Positions 1 through 6,998 of a stretch of DNA of 7,695 nt are shown in pieces. Numbering within the stretch: position 1 is the stretch's first letter; each line of letters opens with the position of its first letter. Position numbers and translations under genes: made by a program. Origin of the DNA: Naegleria gruberi. Lineage: Eukaryota. The stretch is from assembly GCA_000004985.1 (NCBI GenBank), contig GG739116.1; one strand, 5' to 3'. Below the pieces are notes generated by a model. The model saw only the letters and a program-made list of their open reading frames with translations, did not search any database and was not told where the DNA came from.

Positions 1-650
1 TGATTTGGATGCATTGGATAAACCTTTGTCTTGAAACAATTAGAAGCTTGAGTCAACTTTTCAACAATTGAAACAGTTCCTCCAGCTCTAACTTCACTTT
101 CGAATACAGCTTTTGCCTTTTCCTTCTCAACTGGAACAGCATCAACCAATTTACCATTCACTTCCATTGCATAACCCATCATGGTTGCTCCATCAGGCAT
201 TGGCAACACTAATTCACCTTCAATTGTTTTACCATGTGGACTATTAAATGTCATAGTAGAAACCACTTGAACAATAGGATAAGTAACATGACATTTAACA
301 TGATGAGAAACTAATGGCAACAGTGTGGATGCTTTATCGGAAAACTTCTCTCCAGTTACTTGGACATGAATAAAACTATCGGTTGGAAGATCCTTCTTGC
401 TGGTAGTAGTTGTGGTTGCAATTTCTTTTTTGTCATCGGTTGCATTTGTGGTTGTATTTGTAGTTGAACTAATTGATGGTTGACTTGTTTCTTTTGGTTT
501 GTCCAAAACTTCAGTTTTTGCTGGAGTTGTTGCTGTTGGTTGTTTGCTGGATGTTGTTTCTGTGTTGTTTGGTGTCGTTGATGATTTTTCAAGTTCACTT
601 ATTTCTTCATCGACAGCAGCTGCTGATTTCTTACTTTTAAAAAAGCCCAT
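1..650 (-). CDS. 5' part (216 codons, runs off window at pos 1) of a VIT-domain protein (vault protein inter-alpha-trypsin family; probably VIT + vWA architecture). Basic N-terminus MGFFKSKKS, a Thr/Ser-rich linker, then the VIT domain.
   Basis: Minus-strand reading frame from ATG (650-648) down to pos 3 has no stop, and was checked codon by codon. Translation: MGFFKSKKSAAAVDEEISELEKSSTTPNNTETTSSKQPTATTPAKTEVLDKPKETSQPSISSTTNTTTNATDDKKEIATTTTTSKKDLPTDSFIHVQVTGEKFSDKASTLLPLVSHHVKCHVTYPIVQVVSTMTFNSPHGKTIEGELVLPMPDGATMMGYAMEVNGKLVDAVPVEKEKAKAVFESEVRAGGTVSIVEKLTQASNCFKTKVYPMHPN. The stretch LP.PD.A.v.G.ame.nG..v...V.EKE.AKA.fE.....G...S.VE.......F...V matches the VIT domain pattern of ITIH/VWA5A/PARP4-type proteins. 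An in-frame stop lies about 30 codons upstream of the ATG with no other ATG between. The six-frame track omits this ORF because its stop is outside the window. The track ORFs 356..598(-), 499..699(+) and 599..829(-) are other-frame shadows of this gene. Confidence 0.75.
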   Translation of the reverse strand, partial: MGFFKSKKSAAAVDEEISELEKSSTTPNNTETTSSKQPTATTPAKTEVLDKPKETSQPSISSTTNTTTNATDDKKEIATTTTTSKKDLPTDSFIHVQVTGEKFSDKASTLLPLVSHHVKCHVTYPIVQVVSTMTFNSPHGKTIEGELVLPMPDGATMMGYAMEVNGKLVDAVPVEKEKAKAVFESEVRAGGTVSIVEKLTQASNCFKTKVYPMHPN

Positions 651-853
651 TTTTTTTGATTTTCTTGTGGTATGTTCATCTTGCCTGTTCTTTTTATGAT
701 CTGAAGGAAGAAGGATGTGTGAACATGATCCAGGGAGTTACGATTAGTTCTTGAGACCAAAAATTCAACAATGGCTTGTAAGCAAATGGGTAATAGATCA
801 AAATTAACGATAAAGTTAACTCCCTCCAAGCCATTTGATAATTTGTGATCAAA

Positions 854-860
854 GAAAAAA
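854..860 (-). terminator. RNA polymerase III terminator: T6 tract (TTTTTTC on minus strand), 5 nt past the tRNA discriminator base
   Basis: Plus strand gaaaaaa at 854-860 reads TTTTTTC on the tRNA strand, just downstream of the tRNA 3' end at 866. Confidence 0.55.
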
Positions 861-865
861 TTTAA

Positions 866-938
866 TGCTGACGGACGGGATCGAACCGGCGACCAATGGC
901 TTATTAGACCAACGCTCTACCGACTGAGCTACGCCAGC
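866..938 (-). tRNA. tRNA-Ile(AAU): tRNA-Ile, anticodon AAU (73 nt including discriminator A; no encoded CCA, no intron)
   Basis: Reverse complement of 866-938 is GCTGGCG TA GCTC AGTCGGTA GAGC G TTGGT CTAATAA GCCAT TGGTC GCCGG TTCGATC CCGTC CGTCAGC A. The acceptor stem is 7 bp with one G-U. The D arm carries a perfect A box (TAGCTCAGTCGG). The anticodon loop is C-U33-AAU-A37-A. The T arm carries a perfect B box (GGTTCGATCC). There are two non-Watson-Crick stem pairs: 27-43 U.U and 50-64 C.U. Confidence 0.8.
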
Positions 939-984
939 TTGCATTCTTCATTAAATACTTTAATAATTCTCTAATATAACAAAT

Positions 985-1118
985 CACGTAGCGCAGTCAT
1001 TTATAGCAACGTTTATTGAAAGAGCTACGTTACAATTTTATTGAATGTATCAATTTCAATTTTGAATTGAATTACATACCAACGCAATTAACGCAACGTT
1101 AAATGACTGCGCTACGTT
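985..1118. repeat. R1: ~132-bp palindromic, MITE-like element with ~18-33 bp imperfect terminal inverted repeats (acgtagcgcagtcattta ... taaatgactgcgctacgt) and internal hairpins (attga-atgta-tcaat; ttcaatt-ttg-aattgaa at 1055-1071)
   Basis: Left arm 986-1003 is the exact reverse complement of 1100-1117. The extended arms (986-1018 vs reverse complement of 1086-1118) match imperfectly. The paired motif GCAACGTT-N10-GCTACGTT occurs in both arms (1006/1024 and 1093/1111). Confidence 0.6.
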
Positions 1119-1173
1119 AAAATTTTATTTTTTTTAAAGAAAAGGATTATTATTTTTAAATTTAATTTTATCA

Positions 1174-1419
1174 ATGAAAATAGAATTTGATAAAAATTTT
1201 AATATTTATGAATTTAAAGAAAATGAACAAGAAAAAGTTTCACCAATAATTAAAGATTTTAAAGGAAAAAGATCAAAATATTTTCCAAATTTAAATAATA
1301 CATCATATTTATCAGTAGATCAAGTTGAAACAGATTATAGAGCTCAAGTTAATTTTGATCCAATTCATGCACATATTAAAACTAAAAGAAAAACTGGAAT
1401 GAAAATTGTAAATAAATAA
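1174..1419 (+). CDS. Hypothetical small protein of 81 aa, lysine-rich and basic at the C-terminus, sitting between R1 and R2. No recognisable domain.
   Basis: The ORF is complete (ATG ... TAA), MKIEFDKNFNIYEFKENEQEKVSPIIKDFKGKRSKYFPNLNNTSYLSVDQVETDYRAQVNFDPIHAHIKTKRKTGMKIVNK. An 81-codon open frame in roughly 22%-GC DNA is unlikely by chance (about 0.91^81). Third codon positions are almost all A/T, unlike the neighbouring VIT and Rac genes. A T/A-rich tract lies 50 bp upstream. No homology can be assessed without a search. Confidence 0.35.
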   Translation: MKIEFDKNFNIYEFKENEQEKVSPIIKDFKGKRSKYFPNLNNTSYLSVDQVETDYRAQVNFDPIHAHIKTKRKTGMKIVNK

Positions 1420-1421
1420 AT

Positions 1422-1556
1422 TAATTATAGCAACGTTTATTGAAAGAGCTACGTTACAATTTTATTGATAGAGAGCAATGTATCAATTTCAATTTTGAAT
1501 TGAATGACATACAAATTTAATTAACGCAACGTTAAATGACTGCGCTACGTTAAAAT
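1422..1556. repeat. R2: second copy of the R element (~90% identical to R1 over ~130 bp) with a 9-bp insertion (tagagagca). It lacks the outer 18 bp of the left TIR and starts immediately after the stop codon of the 81-aa ORF.
   Basis: R2 (1427-1556) aligns to R1 (1004-1122), sharing tatagcaacgtttattgaaagagctacgttacaattttattga ... atgtatcaatttcaattttgaattgaat ... ttaacgcaacgttaaatgactgcgctacgttaaaattt. The right-arm motif taaatgactgcgctacgt is present at 1533-1550. The left outer arm is absent. Confidence 0.6.
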
Positions 1557-1575
1557 TTAAAATTATTAAATATAA

Positions 1576-1598
1576 TACCGACTGAGCTACGCCAGCTT
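1576..1598 (-). repeat. Solo duplicated fragment of the tRNA-Ile gene: 2 nt of 5' flank plus tRNA nt 1-21 (acceptor 5' strand, D-stem 5' strand and D-loop, containing the A box). It is identical to 918-940.
   Basis: taccgactgagctacgccagctt occurs at 918-940 and again at 1576-1598 (23/23). The flanks diverge on both sides (c917 vs a1575; g941 vs c1599). Confidence 0.8.
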
Positions 1599-1781
1599 CA
1601 CAATTACCTATCCCCTTAATGAACTAGGCAAATACCTAATTTCCATCCAGCTTTTAGTAGGGAATTATAGAAGATGTCACATTTCCAAAGAACATCAGAA
1701 AACTTGCAAAAAAAATAGCAAACAAAGCAGACAAGATTTTGAAAATTAATTTCNGGAGGATGAACTATTCATCAATAAAAC

Positions 1782-1865
1782 ATGGAGAAAGCAAAAAAGA
1801 AAAAACTAGTGTCGCTTCAACGAGAAGAAATATTTTCCGATGATATTTGTTTTGAAATAATTTCC
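1782..1865 (+). CDS. N-terminus of an uncharacterised plus-strand gene (MEKAKKKKLVSLQREEIFSDDICFEIIS...) that continues into the N-masked block
   Basis: ATG at 1782 opens a frame with no stop through 28 codons until the N run starts. The upstream alternative ATG at 1760 hits a stop. Codon usage resembles the flanking genes. The rest of the gene cannot be read. Confidence 0.3.
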
Positions 1866-4800
1866 NNNNNNNNNNNNNNNNNNNNNNNNNNNNNNNNNNN
1901 NNNNNNNNNNNNNNNNNNNNNNNNNNNNNNNNNNNNNNNNNNNNNNNNNNNNNNNNNNNNNNNNNNNNNNNNNNNNNNNNNNNNNNNNNNNNNNNNNNNN
2001 NNNNNNNNNNNNNNNNNNNNNNNNNNNNNNNNNNNNNNNNNNNNNNNNNNNNNNNNNNNNNNNNNNNNNNNNNNNNNNNNNNNNNNNNNNNNNNNNNNNN
2101 NNNNNNNNNNNNNNNNNNNNNNNNNNNNNNNNNNNNNNNNNNNNNNNNNNNNNNNNNNNNNNNNNNNNNNNNNNNNNNNNNNNNNNNNNNNNNNNNNNNN
2201 NNNNNNNNNNNNNNNNNNNNNNNNNNNNNNNNNNNNNNNNNNNNNNNNNNNNNNNNNNNNNNNNNNNNNNNNNNNNNNNNNNNNNNNNNNNNNNNNNNNN
2301 NNNNNNNNNNNNNNNNNNNNNNNNNNNNNNNNNNNNNNNNNNNNNNNNNNNNNNNNNNNNNNNNNNNNNNNNNNNNNNNNNNNNNNNNNNNNNNNNNNNN
2401 NNNNNNNNNNNNNNNNNNNNNNNNNNNNNNNNNNNNNNNNNNNNNNNNNNNNNNNNNNNNNNNNNNNNNNNNNNNNNNNNNNNNNNNNNNNNNNNNNNNN
2501 NNNNNNNNNNNNNNNNNNNNNNNNNNNNNNNNNNNNNNNNNNNNNNNNNNNNNNNNNNNNNNNNNNNNNNNNNNNNNNNNNNNNNNNNNNNNNNNNNNNN
2601 NNNNNNNNNNNNNNNNNNNNNNNNNNNNNNNNNNNNNNNNNNNNNNNNNNNNNNNNNNNNNNNNNNNNNNNNNNNNNNNNNNNNNNNNNNNNNNNNNNNN
2701 NNNNNNNNNNNNNNNNNNNNNNNNNNNNNNNNNNNNNNNNNNNNNNNNNNNNNNNNNNNNNNNNNNNNNNNNNNNNNNNNNNNNNNNNNNNNNNNNNNNN
2801 NNNNNNNNNNNNNNNNNNNNNNNNNNNNNNNNNNNNNNNNNNNNNNNNNNNNNNNNNNNNNNNNNNNNNNNNNNNNNNNNNNNNNNNNNNNNNNNNNNNN
2901 NNNNNNNNNNNNNNNNNNNNNNNNNNNNNNNNNNNNNNNNNNNNNNNNNNNNNNNNNNNNNNNNNNNNNNNNNNNNNNNNNNNNNNNNNNNNNNNNNNNN
3001 NNNNNNNNNNNNNNNNNNNNNNNNNNNNNNNNNNNNNNNNNNNNNNNNNNNNNNNNNNNNNNNNNNNNNNNNNNNNNNNNNNNNNNNNNNNNNNNNNNNN
3101 NNNNNNNNNNNNNNNNNNNNNNNNNNNNNNNNNNNNNNNNNNNNNNNNNNNNNNNNNNNNNNNNNNNNNNNNNNNNNNNNNNNNNNNNNNNNNNNNNNNN
3201 NNNNNNNNNNNNNNNNNNNNNNNNNNNNNNNNNNNNNNNNNNNNNNNNNNNNNNNNNNNNNNNNNNNNNNNNNNNNNNNNNNNNNNNNNNNNNNNNNNNN
3301 NNNNNNNNNNNNNNNNNNNNNNNNNNNNNNNNNNNNNNNNNNNNNNNNNNNNNNNNNNNNNNNNNNNNNNNNNNNNNNNNNNNNNNNNNNNNNNNNNNNN
3401 NNNNNNNNNNNNNNNNNNNNNNNNNNNNNNNNNNNNNNNNNNNNNNNNNNNNNNNNNNNNNNNNNNNNNNNNNNNNNNNNNNNNNNNNNNNNNNNNNNNN
3501 NNNNNNNNNNNNNNNNNNNNNNNNNNNNNNNNNNNNNNNNNNNNNNNNNNNNNNNNNNNNNNNNNNNNNNNNNNNNNNNNNNNNNNNNNNNNNNNNNNNN
3601 NNNNNNNNNNNNNNNNNNNNNNNNNNNNNNNNNNNNNNNNNNNNNNNNNNNNNNNNNNNNNNNNNNNNNNNNNNNNNNNNNNNNNNNNNNNNNNNNNNNN
3701 NNNNNNNNNNNNNNNNNNNNNNNNNNNNNNNNNNNNNNNNNNNNNNNNNNNNNNNNNNNNNNNNNNNNNNNNNNNNNNNNNNNNNNNNNNNNNNNNNNNN
3801 NNNNNNNNNNNNNNNNNNNNNNNNNNNNNNNNNNNNNNNNNNNNNNNNNNNNNNNNNNNNNNNNNNNNNNNNNNNNNNNNNNNNNNNNNNNNNNNNNNNN
3901 NNNNNNNNNNNNNNNNNNNNNNNNNNNNNNNNNNNNNNNNNNNNNNNNNNNNNNNNNNNNNNNNNNNNNNNNNNNNNNNNNNNNNNNNNNNNNNNNNNNN
4001 NNNNNNNNNNNNNNNNNNNNNNNNNNNNNNNNNNNNNNNNNNNNNNNNNNNNNNNNNNNNNNNNNNNNNNNNNNNNNNNNNNNNNNNNNNNNNNNNNNNN
4101 NNNNNNNNNNNNNNNNNNNNNNNNNNNNNNNNNNNNNNNNNNNNNNNNNNNNNNNNNNNNNNNNNNNNNNNNNNNNNNNNNNNNNNNNNNNNNNNNNNNN
4201 NNNNNNNNNNNNNNNNNNNNNNNNNNNNNNNNNNNNNNNNNNNNNNNNNNNNNNNNNNNNNNNNNNNNNNNNNNNNNNNNNNNNNNNNNNNNNNNNNNNN
4301 NNNNNNNNNNNNNNNNNNNNNNNNNNNNNNNNNNNNNNNNNNNNNNNNNNNNNNNNNNNNNNNNNNNNNNNNNNNNNNNNNNNNNNNNNNNNNNNNNNNN
4401 NNNNNNNNNNNNNNNNNNNNNNNNNNNNNNNNNNNNNNNNNNNNNNNNNNNNNNNNNNNNNNNNNNNNNNNNNNNNNNNNNNNNNNNNNNNNNNNNNNNN
4501 NNNNNNNNNNNNNNNNNNNNNNNNNNNNNNNNNNNNNNNNNNNNNNNNNNNNNNNNNNNNNNNNNNNNNNNNNNNNNNNNNNNNNNNNNNNNNNNNNNNN
4601 NNNNNNNNNNNNNNNNNNNNNNNNNNNNNNNNNNNNNNNNNNNNNNNNNNNNNNNNNNNNNNNNNNNNNNNNNNNNNNNNNNNNNNNNNNNNNNNNNNNN
4701 NNNNNNNNNNNNNNNNNNNNNNNNNNNNNNNNNNNNNNNNNNNNNNNNNNNNNNNNNNNNNNNNNNNNNNNNNNNNNNNNNNNNNNNNNNNNNNNNNNNN

Positions 4801-6594
4801 NNNNNNNNNNNNNNNNNNNNNNNNNNNNNNNNNNNNNNNNNNNNNNNNNNNNNNNNNNNNNNNNNNNNNNNNNNNNNNNNNNNNNNNNNNNNNNNNNNNN
4901 NNNNNNNNNNNNNNNNNNNNNNNNNNNNNNNNNNNNNNNNNNNNNNNNNNNNNNNNNNNNNNNNNNNNNNNNNNNNNNNNNNNNNNNNNNNNNNNNNNNN
5001 NNNNNNNNNNNNNNNNNNNNNNNNNNNNNNNNNNNNNNNNNNNNNNNNNNNNNNNNNNNNNNNNNNNNNNNNNNNNNNNNNNNNNNNNNNNNNNNNNNNN
5101 NNNNNNNNNNNNNNNNNNNNNNNNNNNNNNNNNNNNNNNNNNNNNNNNNNNNNNNNNNNNNNNNNNNNNNNNNNNNNNNNNNNNNNNNNNNNNNNNNNNN
5201 NNNNNNNNNNNNNNNNNNNNNNNNNNNNNNNNNNNNNNNNNNNNNNNNNNNNNNNNNNNNNNNNNNNNNNNNNNNNNNNNNNNNNNNNNNNNNNNNNNNN
5301 NNNNNNNNNNNNNNNNNNNNNNNNNNNNNNNNNNNNNNNNNNNNNNNNNNNNNNNNNNNNNNNNNNNNNNNNNNNNNNNNNNNNNNNNNNNNNNNNNNNN
5401 NNNNNNNNNNNNNNNNNNNNNNNNNNNNNNNNNNNNNNNNNNNNNNNNNNNNNNNNNNNNNNNNNNNNNNNNNNNNNNNNNNNNNNNNNNNNNNNNNNNN
5501 NNNNNNNNNNNNNNNNNNNNNNNNNNNNNNNNNNNNNNNNNNNNNNNNNNNNNNNNNNNNNNNNNNNNNNNNNNNNNNNNNNNNNNNNNNNNNNNNNNNN
5601 NNNNNNNNNNNNNNNNNNNNNNNNNNNNNNNNNNNNNNNNNNNNNNNNNNNNNNNNNNNNNNNNNNNNNNNNNNNNNNNNNNNNNNNNNNNNNNNNNNNN
5701 NNNNNNNNNNNNNNNNNNNNNNNNNNNNNNNNNNNNNNNNNNNNNNNNNNNNNNNNNNNNNNNNNNNNNNNNNNNNNNNNNNNNNNNNNNNNNNNNNNNN
5801 NNNNNNNNNNNNNNNNNNNNNNNNNNNNNNNNNNNNNNNNNNNNNNNNNNNNNNNNNNNNNNNNNNNNNNNNNNNNNNNNNNNNNNNNNNNNNNNNNNNN
5901 NNNNNNNNNNNNNNNNNNNNNNNNNNNNNNNNNNNNNNNNNNNNNNNNNNNNNNNNNNNNNNNNNNNNNNNNNNNNNNNNNNNNNNNNNNNNNNNNNNNN
6001 NNNNNNNNNNNNNNNNNNNNNNNNNNNNNNNNNNNNNNNNNNNNNNNNNNNNNNNNNNNNNNNNNNNNNNNNNNNNNNNNNNNNNNNNNNNNNNNNNNNN
6101 NNNNNNNNNNNNNNNNNNNNNNNNNNNNNNNNNNNNNNNNNNNNNNNNNNNNNNNNNNNNNNNNNNNNNNNNNNNNNNNNNNNNNNNNNNNNNNNNNNNN
6201 NNNNNNNNNNNNNNNNNNNNNNNNNNNNNNNNNNNNNNNNNNNNNNNNNNNNNNNNNNNNNNNNNNNNNNNNNNNNNNNNNNNNNNNNNNNNNNNNNNNN
6301 NNNNNNNNNNNNNNNNNNNNNNNNNNNNNNNNNNNNNNNNNNNNNNNNNNNNNNNNNNNNNNNNNNNNNNNNNNNNNNNNNNNNNNNNNNNNNNNNNNNN
6401 NNNNNNNNNNNNNNNNNNNNNNNNNNNNNNNNNNNNNNNNNNNNNNNNNNNNNNNNNNNNNNNNNNNNNNNNNNNNNNNNNNNNNNNNNNNNNNNNNNNN
6501 NNNNNNNNNNNNNNNNNNNNNNNNNNNNNNNNNNNNNNNNNNNNNNNNNNNNNNNNNNNNNNNNNNNNNNNNNNNNNNNNNNNNNNNNNNNNNN
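1866..6594. other. 4729-bp run of N: an assembly gap or a deliberately masked segment. Nothing can be inferred from it.
   Basis: Uninterrupted n characters. The ORF-track entries 1782..6623(+), 1806..6638(-) and 1817..6631(-) are artefacts of translating N as X. Confidence 1.
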
Positions 6595-6998
6595 AAGGGA
6601 TATGCCAAATTGGTTTTTGCTGACCCTTCACATGGCATTTCTAAAAAGAAAAAGAAGTGATTACAAAGTGTTGGGATTGAAAGGTGTAAAGTGAAATAAT
6701 CGCAAAGTATCTCAAATAATTTGAAATCAGATTATTTCCTTGTTAGATAAGATATTGGTATCCATCATCTTTTTGTGGTTATTTCATTAATTTTCATAAT
6801 CATGATATTTCGAGAGATTGTATTGAGAAGAATTTGTTTGAATGAACATGGAACAAGATATGTCACCTGTTCATCTTCAAATTGAAAGTTCGACAGCAGT
6901 TAAAAACGCAAAATGAGGGATTTAATGAGTCGACTCTGAAGTGGCGGAAAGAATAATATACAGTAGAGAGGAGAAGTTATAATAATGGTTTCAATTGT

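Larger units (their letters stand above)
941..1575. mobile_element. 635-bp AT-rich composite insertion or repeat cassette upstream of the tRNA, ordered R1 element - 81-aa ORF - R2 element. Its outer ends carry matching inverted motifs: tttaataatt (959-968) / aattattaaa (1561-1570), and acgtagcgcagtcattta (986-1003) / taaatgactgcgctacgt (1533-1550). It is flanked by a 23-bp direct duplication of the tRNA 5' end (918-940 = 1576-1598).
   Basis: The direct duplication, the inverted terminal motifs and the internal repeats are all read directly from the sequence. Calling it a transposable element is inference. 23 bp is long for a target-site duplication. Confidence 0.35.

Noticed and set aside
648-650. 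N-myristoylation of MGFFKS...
   Set aside because: Gly2 is present, but Phe at position 3 falls in the disallowed set of the usual myristoylation consensus. Not claimed.
356-829. Track ORFs 356..598(-) Q/N-rich 80 aa, 499..699(+) 66 aa, 599..829(-) 76 aa
   Set aside because: They are alternative-frame or opposite-strand shadows of the 650->1 VIT-domain CDS and its low-complexity linker. The VIT frame is longer, runs off the window and carries a recognisable domain.
866-938. tRNA pseudogene call because of the two stem mismatches
   Set aside because: Intact A and B boxes, canonical anticodon loop, 7-bp acceptor stem and a T6 terminator 5 nt downstream favour a functional gene. Kept as tRNA with a note.
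985-1556. Two direct repeats separated by ~300 bp: a possible CRISPR-like array
   Set aside because: Eukaryotic context (spliced genes, pol III tRNA). There are only two copies. The repeats are 130 bp with internal TIRs and the 'spacer' is an ORF. It is not a CRISPR.
918-1598. Classifying the cassette as a classical cut-and-paste DNA transposon with a target-site duplication
   Set aside because: A 23-bp duplication is much longer than typical transposase TSDs (2-10 bp). The duplicated unit is a functional tRNA segment. It is left as 'insertion or rearrangement of unknown mechanism'.
1754-1754. Single n at 1754 in ttcnggagg, 28 nt upstream of ATG 1782
   Set aside because: An isolated ambiguous base call. 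Not a feature.
1782-6638. Three ~1600-aa ORFs in the six-frame track (1782..6623 +, 1806..6638 -, 1817..6631 -)
   Set aside because: They consist almost entirely of X from translating the N run. Only the first 28 codons of the plus-strand one (1782-1865) are real sequence. The two minus-strand ones have no support at all.
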